Positions 8,400 to 18,612 of a stretch of DNA of 64,000 nt are shown in pieces. The stretch spans positions 35,414-99,413 of the forward strand of contig CAWBLO010000015.1 in the NCBI GenBank assembly GCA_963789475.1. Reading direction: 5' to 3'. The notes under the pieces were generated by a model. It was not told the DNA's origin and made no database searches. It saw only the letters and a list, made by a program, of their open reading frames with translations. Both the position numbers and the translations under genes were made by a program. This stretch comes from an uncultured Gammaproteobacteria bacterium. Its GTDB lineage: Bacteria > Pseudomonadota > Gammaproteobacteria > Methylococcales > Methylomonadaceae. Each line of letters begins with the position of its first letter. Positions within the stretch are counted from its first letter, which is position 1.

Positions 8400-10895
8400 A
8401 TGAAAATCAATATGCCGGTCACCACTGTTGAATACCCCATAAAAGAGAACATCTCCATTGTTTCCAAGACTGACCTGAAAGGCGTGATTACTTATGCTAA
8501 TGAGGACTTTGTACGAATAAGCGGATTTTCCAGGGAAGAACTGGTCGGTAAATCGCACAATATAGTGCGTCATCCTGACGTACCGGCAGAATTCTTTGAA
8601 GATATGTGGAAATCACTAAAAGCGGGGCGCCCTTGGACAGGTGTAGTCAAAAATCGCTGCAAAAACGGCGATTATTATTGGTTGCTAAACAATGTCGCCC
8701 CTTTCTACGAAAACGATCAACTGGTCGGCTACATGTCCGTCCGTCTCAAAGCCAGTCCTGAGCAAATCAAAGCGGCAAACGATACTTACCAGCTTTTCCG
8801 CGACGGCAAAGCGGGCGATCTGAAAATTCAGGATGGTAAAGTCGTCAAATCGACCCTGCTGGGAGAGCTCAATTTATTCAAGAATTTTACCGTCAAATCC
8901 CGTCTGACATTCATTATTTGCCTTCTGTCCCTACTGATGATGATCATTGGCGGCATGGGCTTGCAAGGCATGAGCAAGACTAACGAGGGCTTGCGTTCTG
9001 TGTATAAGGATCGCACGGTTACCATGGGCCTGATGTTCAACATCAGTGAACTACAGCGGGAAAATCTGATGCTTATCGCCACGGCCTTAGTCAATCCAAA
9101 TCCCGAGGTAATACGGCAAAACGCTACTGAACTGGATCAAAACATCGCAGAGATCACCCGGCTCTGGGATTCATATCTGGCCAATCATTTGACACCCGAG
9201 GAAAAAAACCTGGCGGATTATTTTACCGAAAACAGCACTCGCTTCGTCCGAAAAGGCCTAAAACCAGCTATCGCGGCACTGCATGCCAATGACCTCGCTC
9301 TGACCGATAAGATCAGAAAGGAAGACATTAGCCCCCTCTACAAACAAGCTAACCAGTCTATTCGGGCGTTAATGCAATTGCAGATGGATGTCGCTAAAAA
9401 GGTTTATGAGGCGGCGCAATCTCGCTATGACCACACCCGCAACATTGCCATCGGGTTGATCCTGATGGGTATTGCGCTGGCTCTTTGGCTGGGTTTTACC
9501 CTGATTCGAGCTATTGTGTGTCCACTGGAAACTGCCATTAGTCACTTCGGTAAAATCGCCCAGGGTCACTACAACAACAGCATTAATATCGAATCTCACG
9601 ACGAACTCGGTAAAGTGATGGCAGCTCTCAAGGCAATGCAAATCAAGTGCGGTTTTGATGTCGCAGAAGCCAAACGCATCGCCGATGAAAACCGCCGCAT
9701 CAAGGTTGCTCTCGATAACGTCAACACTGGCGTAATGATTGCCGACAATACCCGTAACATCATTTACGCCAACAAATCGGTGATCGAAATACTCGGCAAA
9801 GCCGAGGAAGATATTCGCAAGCAACTACCTGATTTCTCAAGCGCTAATCTGGTCGGCACTAATATTGACAGTTTTCATAAGAACCCTTCGCATCAGGCAC
9901 AGTTGCTCTCCTCACTGAACACCTCACATCCGGCTAGTATTGAGGTAGGTGGCCGCTCTATCGTGTTGACTGTCAGTCCTGTCATTAACGACGAAGGCCA
10001 ACGACTGGGTACTGTAGCCGAATTGAAAGATCACACCATTGAAGAATTGGCAGAAAAAGAAGTTGATACAATACTACATGCTGCAATCATGGGCGACTTC
10101 AGTAAGCGCATCGAAATACAGGGCAAAGAAGGCTTCTTTAAACAGCTGGGCGAAGGACTTAACGAGCTTCTGAAAACTACTGAAAGTGGTCTCAATGACA
10201 TACAACTCTTGCTATTTGCTTTGTCACATTACGATCTGACCGTAACAATCACCAATGACTATTCCGGCTGCTTCGCGCAAACCCAGTATGGGGCGAATAT
10301 CACGGTGAAAAAACTCAAAGAATGCATCAATCAAATCAAGGAAGCCATTAGCGCCATTGACCCTCTGGATAAAGACAGTACATCGGATAACCAACATTTG
10401 TCGCATCGCACCGGCGAGCAAGCCTCCCAAGTTGGCGCCGACGCATTCAATATAACAGGCAAAGGTGTCGACGTGATCAGTCAAGTCGTCTTGAAGATGG
10501 ATGAAATTAACGATTCTTCCCGCAAAATCGGGAGCATTATTCCGCTCATCGACGATATTGTGCTCCAGACTAAATTGCTTGCTCACACCGCAGCGATTGA
10601 AGCAACTCGTGTTGGAGAACAAGGTGGCGGCTTTGCTGCTGTCGCCGCAGAAATGCGTAACCTGGCACAACGAACGGCTAAGGCTACCGAAGAAATTAAA
10701 AATCTAATTGACGATTCGGTAAGTAAAGTCTCCGATGGCAGTAAATTGGTAACTCAAGCAAGTTTAACAATCGAAGAAATCGTTAATTCTATGCATGACG
10801 TTACAGTGATGATGACAGACATCAGCCAGGTCTCAACGGCACGAATGGCTTGTATTAAACACATCAATCAAGCCATAGAAAAATGGACAATTTGA
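8400..10895 (+). CDS. Aer-like methyl-accepting chemotaxis protein (PAS-TM-4HB-TM-HAMP-PAS-MCP) with divergent signalling tip
   Basis: Aer PAS (ITYANEDF, HNIVRHPD, W..VKNRCKNGDYYW), second PAS (IDSFHKNP.HQ) and a C-terminal MCP-like domain. Confidence 0.88.
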   Translation: MKINMPVTTVEYPIKENISIVSKTDLKGVITYANEDFVRISGFSREELVGKSHNIVRHPDVPAEFFEDMWKSLKAGRPWTGVVKNRCKNGDYYWLLNNVAPFYENDQLVGYMSVRLKASPEQIKAANDTYQLFRDGKAGDLKIQDGKVVKSTLLGELNLFKNFTVKSRLTFIICLLSLLMMIIGGMGLQGMSKTNEGLRSVYKDRTVTMGLMFNISELQRENLMLIATALVNPNPEVIRQNATELDQNIAEITRLWDSYLANHLTPEEKNLADYFTENSTRFVRKGLKPAIAALHANDLALTDKIRKEDISPLYKQANQSIRALMQLQMDVAKKVYEAAQSRYDHTRNIAIGLILMGIALALWLGFTLIRAIVCPLETAISHFGKIAQGHYNNSINIESHDELGKVMAALKAMQIKCGFDVAEAKRIADENRRIKVALDNVNTGVMIADNTRNIIYANKSVIEILGKAEEDIRKQLPDFSSANLVGTNIDSFHKNPSHQAQLLSSLNTSHPASIEVGGRSIVLTVSPVINDEGQRLGTVAELKDHTIEELAEKEVDTILHAAIMGDFSKRIEIQGKEGFFKQLGEGLNELLKTTESGLNDIQLLLFALSHYDLTVTITNDYSGCFAQTQYGANITVKKLKECINQIKEAISAIDPLDKDSTSDNQHLSHRTGEQASQVGADAFNITGKGVDVISQVVLKMDEINDSSRKIGSIIPLIDDIVLQTKLLAHTAAIEATRVGEQGGGFAAVAAEMRNLAQRTAKATEEIKNLIDDSVSKVSDGSKLVTQASLTIEEIVNSMHDVTVMMTDISQVSTARMACIKHINQAIEKWTI

Positions 10896-11034
10896 ATAAC
10901 CCTACAGTTTTATAAAAGGCATTAAGTGTCTTGGTGTTAATATGTCAATAAATAATTTGTCTCAGCTTAATTTGATACCTTGGCTAGTTGTATCCGCTAC
11001 TTGAGACTCAAGTGCATATTTGGAGAAATTGAAT

Positions 11035-12066
11035 ATGAAGTTAAACGATAATAAAATCTCTAATTGGTGCAAGATTCCATTTATTTTGCTTTTACCATTA
11101 ATACTGAGTACTTGCTCGCTAGTTTATAAAAAAACCGGCGATGTGTTGATCAGTTTCGCGGAAGACGAAACAGTACCCTATGTATTAGCAAGCAATGATC
11201 TCGATCTTGGTTGTGCGATGTCAAAAGCTTTTACGCCCTTCATTTTAAGTTTTTCCCGAGTAACCACCCCTCCTAACGAACTGGCAATTATGTTGTATTT
11301 ATTAGCCGGTAGCTGTTCAGAAGTTATGGCTTGGGAAGAGGAGTTGCGTTACTTGCGAGCGGTGTATTCTAAAAATGTACTGGAAGCTCAAGATGCCCGG
11401 ATTGCCCAAAAAAGATTTCTTAATCAAGCGGCCCGCAGGCAATTAGCCGGTTATAACAGCTTGGTATTAGCTATTGCAGAGCCAGGCGGTGAATGCCCGG
11501 TATTTGATTCCGATAATGCTGAACTTTATTGGTTGATCGGTCTTTTAGACGGCTTGCAAGCTATGCTTAATGATTTAGCTTCCGAAGGTAGCGCAAATGT
11601 TCCACTGGATATCGCGTCTAAAGTAGGTCGAGGCGCAAGTTGTTTGAATAATGAAAAGTGGTGGGGCTTACCCAAGGCAATCCAGGCAGCTATTTGGGTG
11701 ACTATTCCAGGCGATAAACCTGCCGATGTCGACCCGTTAAAAATATTGGATCAATCAATGCAAATTGGTTTGCAACAAGGTGTGCTGATTACTCAGGTAT
11801 TAGGCGCTCAAATCCAAATGGGGCTGGGCCATACAGATCAGGTAAAAGCCATTATTCGTCGTCATCAGGAGACAAAAACGCAAACTCCCTCATCGTCGAC
11901 ATTTAGATTGTTGGACGAATTTACTAGCCTGCAATTACAAGCTATTTCAGATCGCTTATGGACTGAAGCCACAGGTAAGCGCACGCCTATCTCCGGATTA
12001 GGTACTTTTTGGGACGATCCAAAAAAAGCTGTAGATACCATTAATATAGACGATATGCTCAGATAA
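11035..12066 (+). CDS. TatT-like lipoprotein of a TPAT (TRAP-T) transporter
   Basis: Lipobox LILSTC, helical protein, first gene before a DctP-like and a DctM-like gene. TatT assignment rests on context. Confidence 0.6.
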   Translation: MKLNDNKISNWCKIPFILLLPLILSTCSLVYKKTGDVLISFAEDETVPYVLASNDLDLGCAMSKAFTPFILSFSRVTTPPNELAIMLYLLAGSCSEVMAWEEELRYLRAVYSKNVLEAQDARIAQKRFLNQAARRQLAGYNSLVLAIAEPGGECPVFDSDNAELYWLIGLLDGLQAMLNDLASEGSANVPLDIASKVGRGASCLNNEKWWGLPKAIQAAIWVTIPGDKPADVDPLKILDQSMQIGLQQGVLITQVLGAQIQMGLGHTDQVKAIIRRHQETKTQTPSSSTFRLLDEFTSLQLQAISDRLWTEATGKRTPISGLGTFWDDPKKAVDTINIDDMLR

Positions 12067-12109
12067 CATCCCTTTAAGGGATGTTATCTGTCCCGGCTTA
12101 AGTTGGTAG
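12060..12109. repeat. Family A palindromic element (inverted copy); supplies the stop codon of the upstream gene
   Basis: CAGATAACATCCCTTTAAGGGATGTTATCTG followed by the reverse complement of the 1599-1617 flank. Confidence 0.85.
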
Positions 12110-12237
12110 CCGTGCTGTAATAAGTTGTAGAGGTAATTTGACAATCAATGCAGGCTGTAAAGGAATTTTTTATAAACAATACTCTGTCGGGCAAATTACT
12201 ATTTCATGACAGATAGAAAAAAACGAGGTATTTGCTC

Positions 12238-13251
12238 ATGAACATTTTAAATAACATCGTATCCAGGTTATCAATAGGTTTTATTTTGTCAGCGGGCGCC
12301 GGTATTGCCGTTGCTGAGACAAAAAGCCTGTGTGTTTTTGATATGCTCGGCGCCAATGGCCCTTTTTTTGCTGAAATGAAGGATTACAAAACAGCGGCAC
12401 TCGCCTGGGGTGTTGACTTTACACTTAAACCCCATACCAATGAGCGCGTAGCTGCAGAAGATTTTAAGGCAGGCACATGCGATGCTGTCATTTTTACCGG
12501 CATTCGGGCACGCCAGTTTAATGCTTTTACAGGCAGTATAGATGCTATTGGCTCAATTCAGGATTATGGCTTGTTAAAATCGACCATTAGCACGATCAGT
12601 TCAAAAAAAGCTGAAAAATTAATGTTTAATGACCCCTATGAAGTCGTGGGCATTCTACCTGCCGGTGCAGCTTATATGTTTGTCAGAGACCGTACGGTAG
12701 ATACTGTAGGCGAATTAGCCGGTAAACGGATTGCTATTTTGGACTCAGATCCTGCCCAGACTGAAATGGTCACTTTTGTTGGCGCTTCACCTGTGAGTAC
12801 GACAATTGCTAATATGTACAGCGAATTTAATAATGGCTCCGTAGATGTGACCTATGGGCCTGCGATTATGTATGAAGCGATGGAGCTTTACAAAGGCTTG
12901 GAACCCAAAGGCGGAGTTATTCAGTTTTCACTGGCACAACTTACGCTTCAAATCGTCATTCGAAAAGCTAATTTTCCGGAAGGATTTGGTCAAAATTCGC
13001 GTGACTTCGCTTTGAGCCGGTTTGATAGATTGGTTGAGGTTATCGGAAATACAGAGCGTAAAATTCCTCAGAAGCTCTGGATTAATATTCCTGAAAATGA
13101 TAAGACCAGCTATAACGAAGTGTTTAGACAAGCCCGGATCAGGCTTCGAGGAAAAGGTATTTATAACGATAAAATGCTGACCATCATGAGAAGATTGCGC
13201 TGTGAAAAAAGCCCGCAGTTGCCCGAGTGTACTGCTGCTGATAAAGAATAG
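12238..13251 (+). CDS. DctP/TatP-like solute-binding protein (AdeT/DUF6091-like)
   Basis: Signal peptide; CVFD..GANG, ERVAAEDFKAG.CD, RARQFN.FTG and FNNGSVD motifs. Confidence 0.75.
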   Translation: MNILNNIVSRLSIGFILSAGAGIAVAETKSLCVFDMLGANGPFFAEMKDYKTAALAWGVDFTLKPHTNERVAAEDFKAGTCDAVIFTGIRARQFNAFTGSIDAIGSIQDYGLLKSTISTISSKKAEKLMFNDPYEVVGILPAGAAYMFVRDRTVDTVGELAGKRIAILDSDPAQTEMVTFVGASPVSTTIANMYSEFNNGSVDVTYGPAIMYEAMELYKGLEPKGGVIQFSLAQLTLQIVIRKANFPEGFGQNSRDFALSRFDRLVEVIGNTERKIPQKLWINIPENDKTSYNEVFRQARIRLRGKGIYNDKMLTIMRRLRCEKSPQLPECTAADKE

Positions 13252-13258
13252 TTTAAGT

Positions 13259-15310
13259 ATGTTAGATAAATTTCTTCGGCGTAGCTGGCAGGAGTGGATA
13301 TCTTCACTACCGGTTTTTTTACTGTTGATAACCATTGTTTTTGCAGGTAATGGTGAAAAAATACACGCCCAGTTACTTAAAGCAGGAGAATCGATCTGGC
13401 AGGATTACTTTACACTAAGAGGTGACATCCCAATTCCCGGCTGCAATGTCAATCCTGATATTGAGCTGGAATTGAATAAGCTCGCAGCCGAAACGGATAA
13501 GCTGGACGATCTGTTTGATGACCAACCTTTTGATAGAGAGGCAGCCCGTGCTTCCTTGGAAGGTGCCCGGCAATTGTGTGTTAAAAAGCATCAGCTAGCG
13601 GAACAAAACCGGGCAAGAATAACCCCAGCCGTTATTGTTTTTCGTAACCTTGAAACCAGCGTAGCGGCAGTCAGTATTTTTGCGTTTGAAAAAACTCGTT
13701 TCATTCTGGCATTGATGGTTTTTATTTGTGCCATTACCTGCGCTGTCAGCCAACGTCATATCGCATTTAGACCTGTAACAACACTGCTAGATAATCGTAT
13801 TTCCTGTGCAGCACAGTTTTTGGGCAATCTTATACTGGTTATTTCTGCCTGGGTGTATCGAACCAGTGTTTACCAATCATCAGCCGTAGTTGATCACCCC
13901 GAAATTTATCCTACAGTTATTATCGGTTTTTTGGCATTATGCGGCATTAACCTTTATCAGCTTGTTAAACCGCGACAGGGTCTTAAGTCTGGCGGGAAAT
14001 TAGTTAACGCTTTGTCGGCTATACCACTCTACATCATCATGGCTATTGGTGCGGGTAGTTACTTTTTCCTGGTTGAAGGTAATGCTGCGGGCCTGGCAAT
14101 TTTCTTTAGTTTATTATTTGATCAAGCGGGCTTGTTCCTGAATATCGGCCTATACATTTGGGTGGGCATGTTACTCGCGCAAACTTGTCTGGGAGAACTG
14201 GTTTTTTATATTCTCAGACCCTGGCGTATGTCGCCTGAATTGTTGGCCTTTGTGGCTATTGTGATAATGGCCGTACCCACCGCGTATACAGGCGCTTCCG
14301 GCATTATTATTATTGCGTTGGGTGCAACGGTTTATAAAGAATTACGTCGCGTCGGCGCGCGCAGGCAACTGGCTTTAGCAACTACGGCCATGACCGGTAG
14401 TGTTGCTGTAGTCCTTAGGCCTTGCCTTTTAGTGGTAATGATTGCTGCCTTAAATAAAGAAGTCGTAACTGACCAATTATTTAGTTGGGGTCTAAAAACA
14501 TTTATGACTTCAATAGTGGTATTTTTCCTTGTTATGCTTATTTCAAAACGTGAAAAAATTCTAATTGCACCCTTGCCGGGCGCGTTTAGGTCTTCTTTAA
14601 AAATGCTTGTCAAATTGCTTCCGTACGCAGCCATTACGCTAACAATTGTTTTGGGATACATTTTTTTATTAAATGCCTATCTGGATGAATTTTCTGCGCC
14701 AGTTATATTGCCAGTGATAATTCTGAGCTTGGTCATTTATGAAAAACTTTTTGCTTATAATCCTCTGGCTGACCGGCGGGAACAGAAAATACACAACCTT
14801 GAATACGAAATCAGATATGCTACTTCTGAGGCAACCATTCATATCGGCGCACTACTGATGCTTATGGCGCTTTCTTTTGTATTAGGTGGTGTTATAGAGC
14901 GCTCTGGATTGTTAAATGCTTTGCCGGAATACTTTGGATCAATCTGGACGACTCTGGGTTTTTTGATTGTTGTTTTAGTGGGTATTGGCGCCTTAATGGA
15001 TCCATACGGAGCTGTAGTGTTGGTTAGCGGCACGGCGGCCCAAATCGCCTATAAAAATGGCATCAACCCCATCCATTTCTGGATGATGGCTTTAGTTGCC
15101 TTTGAGGTCGGTTATTTAAGCCCGCCAGTGGCGCTGAATCAATTATTGTCACGGCAGGCAGTTGGGGAAAGAGAGGTTGCCAAGGGGGCTCTGGAAGGTG
15201 ATAGTTTCTGGTACCGGAATGAAAAAACATTGCTGCCATTGGTGACAATGGGTACAACTTTACTACTGGTCGCTATTGTACCCATTTTGGTAGGCCTATA
15301 TTTTGCCTAA
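13259..15310 (+). CDS. TRAP transporter fused large permease (DctM-like)
   Basis: Many TM helices; PTAYTGASG, MDPYGAV and GINPIHFW..FEVGYLSPPVALN motifs. Confidence 0.85.
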   Translation: MLDKFLRRSWQEWISSLPVFLLLITIVFAGNGEKIHAQLLKAGESIWQDYFTLRGDIPIPGCNVNPDIELELNKLAAETDKLDDLFDDQPFDREAARASLEGARQLCVKKHQLAEQNRARITPAVIVFRNLETSVAAVSIFAFEKTRFILALMVFICAITCAVSQRHIAFRPVTTLLDNRISCAAQFLGNLILVISAWVYRTSVYQSSAVVDHPEIYPTVIIGFLALCGINLYQLVKPRQGLKSGGKLVNALSAIPLYIIMAIGAGSYFFLVEGNAAGLAIFFSLLFDQAGLFLNIGLYIWVGMLLAQTCLGELVFYILRPWRMSPELLAFVAIVIMAVPTAYTGASGIIIIALGATVYKELRRVGARRQLALATTAMTGSVAVVLRPCLLVVMIAALNKEVVTDQLFSWGLKTFMTSIVVFFLVMLISKREKILIAPLPGAFRSSLKMLVKLLPYAAITLTIVLGYIFLLNAYLDEFSAPVILPVIILSLVIYEKLFAYNPLADRREQKIHNLEYEIRYATSEATIHIGALLMLMALSFVLGGVIERSGLLNALPEYFGSIWTTLGFLIVVLVGIGALMDPYGAVVLVSGTAAQIAYKNGINPIHFWMMALVAFEVGYLSPPVALNQLLSRQAVGEREVAKGALEGDSFWYRNEKTLLPLVTMGTTLLLVAIVPILVGLYFA

Positions 15311-15339
15311 GCGAGTTTCAAACGACCGTCCATAACGGG

Positions 15340-15543
15340 GTGATCAACTTATCCGGCGATCAACAAGTATGGAACGGCAAAAAAATTAAAGTCATTTTAT
15401 TAAATGAAACCAGCCCCGATGCAACAGAAATATCAGCCAATGAATCAATGGCTGAAGCTGATTTTTTCAACTTTGCGGGTATTTGGGAAAACCGCGACGA
15501 CATCAATCAGGAATCCATACGCGCTAAGGCATGCCGGAAATGA
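15340..15543 (+). pseudogene. Orphan antitoxin-like small ORF (DUF2281/VapB-like), partner toxin apparently lost
   Basis: C-terminal DFFNFAGIWENRDDI resembles antitoxins that precede PIN toxins. The stop overlaps an ATGA start that runs into a REP. Confidence 0.4.
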
Positions 15544-17529
15544 TCGAATCAATAGTGGGAGCGGCTTTAGCCACGAACTAAAACGGGCGATTGATTTTGA
15601 CTTGCTAAAGCAAGAATTAAGCGCGTCTATTGTTGAAGGGCCGCAAGAGCGTTATCAGCTCAACTGGCCGGGTAAGAGTGAAGCCTTATTAACCGCCAAT
15701 GCACCCATTGCCAAAACCCTGCGCCCTTGTCGTGAGGAAAGCGTAGATTTTGACAGCACGCAAAACCTGTTTATCGAAGGCGATAACCTGGATGCGCTCA
15801 AGCTGTTGCAGGAAACCTATCTGGGCAAGGTCAAGATGATTTACATCGACCCGCCCTACAACACCGGCAAGGAATTCATCTACGACGACGATTTTAGCGA
15901 AAACACCGCCAGTTATTTCCAGCGTTCCAACCAGAAAGACGAAGCCGGACAGCGCATGGTCGCCAACACCGAGACCAATGGCCGCTTTCATTCTGATTGG
16001 TTAAGCATGATGTACCCGCGTTTGAAACTGGCGCGGAATTTGTTGCGGGACGATGGAGTTATTTTTATTTCGATTGATGATAATGAGCAGGCGAATCTTA
16101 AGCGGCTTTGTGATGAGGTGTTTGGGGAGGATAATTTTTTAACGCAACTTATATGGAAAAAAGCATATGGAGGCGGAGCTAAATCAAAGCATTCTGTTGT
16201 TTTGCATGAATATATTTTGATGTATGCAAAGCTAAAAGAGTCAATCGGAGAGATTGAGCTTCCACCGAACGATGATGTCTTGAAATATTACAAATTCAAA
16301 GATTCAAAATTTGAACAAAGAGGCCCGTTTAGAAAGCAACCTCTTGCTACTAACAGCATGGATGAAAGACCTAATCTCAGATTTCCAATCAAGTACGGAA
16401 CGCACGAGATATGGCCTGAGAAGCAATGGCAATGGTCACAAAATCGTGTAGAGCAAGCAATTCAAAATGATGAATTGGTTTTTACTCAAAAATCTGATGG
16501 TTGGACAGTAGATTACAAGCAATATTTAAAAAATGAAGAAGGGGAAGTGAGAGGTTCTAAACTTTATAGTTTGCTAGAAGGCCCTTACACTCAAATTGGT
16601 ACAGCTGAAATTAAGGAGATTTTTGGCGAAGGCAAGATGTTCACTTTTCCTAAACCCTCAGGGTTAATCAAGCACATCCTTAGATGTTTTGAGACAGATA
16701 GTATAGTGATGGATTTCTTTTCAGGATCAGCAGTTACAGCCCACGCCGTTATGCAACTCAACGCCGAAGATGCTTCGTCAGGCTCAGAACAGGCTGGCAA
16801 ACGCAAGTTCATCATGGTGCAACTACCCGAAGCCTGCGACGAAAAATCCGAAGCCTACAAGGCAGGCTACCAAACCATCGCCGAAATCGGCAAGGAACGC
16901 ATCCGCCGCGCCGGTAAAAAAATACTGAACGCTCTGGGTGTGGAAAATTTGGAGGGGAATAGTGTGGGAGAGGCTTTAGCCTCGACTAGCCCCTCTTTAA
17001 GAGTCGAGGCTAAAGCCTCTCCCACAAATACCTCACTCACAAAAGCAACCCTTCCGGACATCGGCTTTCGTGTCTTGAAAATCGACAGCTCCAACATGAA
17101 GGATGTTTACTACACGCCCGATGCTGTCCAACAAACCCATCTTTTTGATCAGGTCGACAATATCCGCGAAGGCCGCACCGCTGAAGATTTGCTGTTCCAG
17201 GTGCTGCTGGATTGGGGGGTCGATTTAACTCTGCCTATCACTAAGGAAACCATAATTGTTAAGGATGAAGGGGGGAAGAATGAAAAGCGGCAGTTCATCC
17301 CTCAGCCTTCATCCTTTAAGGACTACCAAGTTTTCTTCGTCGATGATAACGCCCTGGCAGCTTGTTTCGATACTGACATTAACGAGGCCTTCGTCAAGGA
17401 ACTTGCCGCCCGTCATCCGCTCCGGGTGGTGTTCCGTGATGACGGTTTTGCCAGCGCGATAGCGTGAAGATCAACATCGAGCAAATCTTCAAGCTCATCT
17501 CGCCTACCACTGAAATTAAAACCCTTTAG
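15404..17529 (+). CDS. mod: Type III R-M methyltransferase (Mod); true N-terminus uncertain, frameshift near 17456
   Basis: ERYQLNWPGK, NLFIEGDNL, IYIDPPYNTG, HSDWLSMMYPRL, DFFSGS and RKFIMVQLPE motifs. The shifted frame continues DSVKINIEQIFKLISPTTEIKTL* to 17529. Confidence 0.93.
15555..15576 (+). repeat. GTGG-type REP (GTGGGAGCGGCTTTAGCCACGA) at the 5' junction of mod
   Basis: Same family as the doublet at 16963-17026; reads SGSGFSHE in the mod frame. Confidence 0.75.
16772..16794 (+). repeat. CTTCGACAAGCTCAGGACAGGC-family repeat read in frame in mod (ASSGSEQA)
   Basis: GCTTCGTCAGGCTCAGAACAGGC matches the intergenic copies near 45568 and 46608. Confidence 0.7.
16963..17026. repeat. REP doublet (25-bp perfect inverted arms, 14-nt loop) in frame in mod
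   Basis: TGTGGGAGAGGCTTTAGCCTCGACT-N14-AGTCGAGGCTAAAGCCTCTCCCACA. Confidence 0.92.
17261..17316. repeat. GGATGAA/TTCATCC heptamer-type inverted repeat in frame in mod
   Basis: AAGGATGAAGG...CCTTCATCCTT with internal degenerate heptamers; reads KDEGGKNEKRQFIPQPSSF. Confidence 0.75.
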
Positions 17530-17592
17530 AACAATGATAGAAAAGCATGTTGTAGGTTGCGCCGCATACTTTAAACCTTTTGAGTGGATATT

Positions 17593-18612
17593 ATGAACAA
17601 AGACCTGACCAATTCTTCCGTTGATCGTCACAACATCCTGAATAATCCCTACGCCCTGGCTGAAATTGAGAAGGCTGCCGGGATTCAGGGTATTCCCTTC
17701 GAGGGTAAGACTGTTCTGCTTAAGGAGCAGGTGGCCGCCTTTTTTGATGTAACATCACGAACCATTGATAACTACATTGAGAAATGTGGCGAAGAGTTGC
17801 GTCAAAACGGTTATGAGGTTTTGCGTGGTAACAGACTGAAAACACTTAAAACGTCTCTACAAAATTTGCCTGATCACGAAATTGATTTCGTTACCAAAAC
17901 CACCGTACTTGGTGTGTTCGATTTTCGCTCTTTTCTTAATCTGGCTATGCTGGTTTCTGAAAGTGAGCGGGCGAAATTATTGCGGCAGGCGATTCTGGAT
18001 ATTGTCATTGACACTATTAACCAACGTACCGGTGGCGGCACTAAGTATATTAACCAGCGTGATGAAGATTTTCTGCATTCTGCCTTTATTGAGGAAAACT
18101 ATCGTAAAGAGTTTACCGATGCCTTGAAAGATTGCGTTGAGATGGGCAATTTTAAATATGCCGTATACACCGACAAAATTTATGTCAGCATCTTCCGTGA
18201 GAAGGCGAAGGAATATCGGAAAATACTAAAACTTGAAGACAAAGATCATGTCCGCTCAACTTTTTATTCGGAAGTGTTGGATCTGATTGCCGCTTACGAG
18301 TGCGGATTCGCTGATCTTCTCCAGCAAGAAGCTAAAACAAAAGGCCGTAAACTCAAACCTTCGGAAGTAGATATTCTGTTTAAAACCTTTGAAACTCAGA
18401 GCCACTGGAAGCCGCTCATTGAAAAAGCACGAATGAAAATGGCAAGTCGCGATCTGGCGTTTCGAGATGCGTTGCATCATCAGTTAAAAGAGTATGTTAC
18501 ACCGCTTCAGCGGGATGAATTTGAACGGTTTATCGGTGAAAGAAGCCAAGAATTGGCTGAACGTTTGGTAGATGCCAAGGATGTCATGAAACGTCTTAAG
18601 GATCGTGACTAA
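17593..18612 (+). CDS. Putative DNA-binding protein (N-terminal HTH-like) embedded in the R-M operon
   Basis: EQVAAFFDVTSRTIDNY is HTH-like. 339 aa. TAATG coupling to the Doc gene. Confidence 0.7.
   Translation: MNKDLTNSSVDRHNILNNPYALAEIEKAAGIQGIPFEGKTVLLKEQVAAFFDVTSRTIDNYIEKCGEELRQNGYEVLRGNRLKTLKTSLQNLPDHEIDFVTKTTVLGVFDFRSFLNLAMLVSESERAKLLRQAILDIVIDTINQRTGGGTKYINQRDEDFLHSAFIEENYRKEFTDALKDCVEMGNFKYAVYTDKIYVSIFREKAKEYRKILKLEDKDHVRSTFYSEVLDLIAAYECGFADLLQQEAKTKGRKLKPSEVDILFKTFETQSHWKPLIEKARMKMASRDLAFRDALHHQLKEYVTPLQRDEFERFIGERSQELAERLVDAKDVMKRLKDRD

Noticed and set aside
17200-17470. Phase-variable mod (phasevarion)
   Set aside because: Only G6 runs and a 2-nt GC duplication near the 3' end; no long simple-sequence tract.
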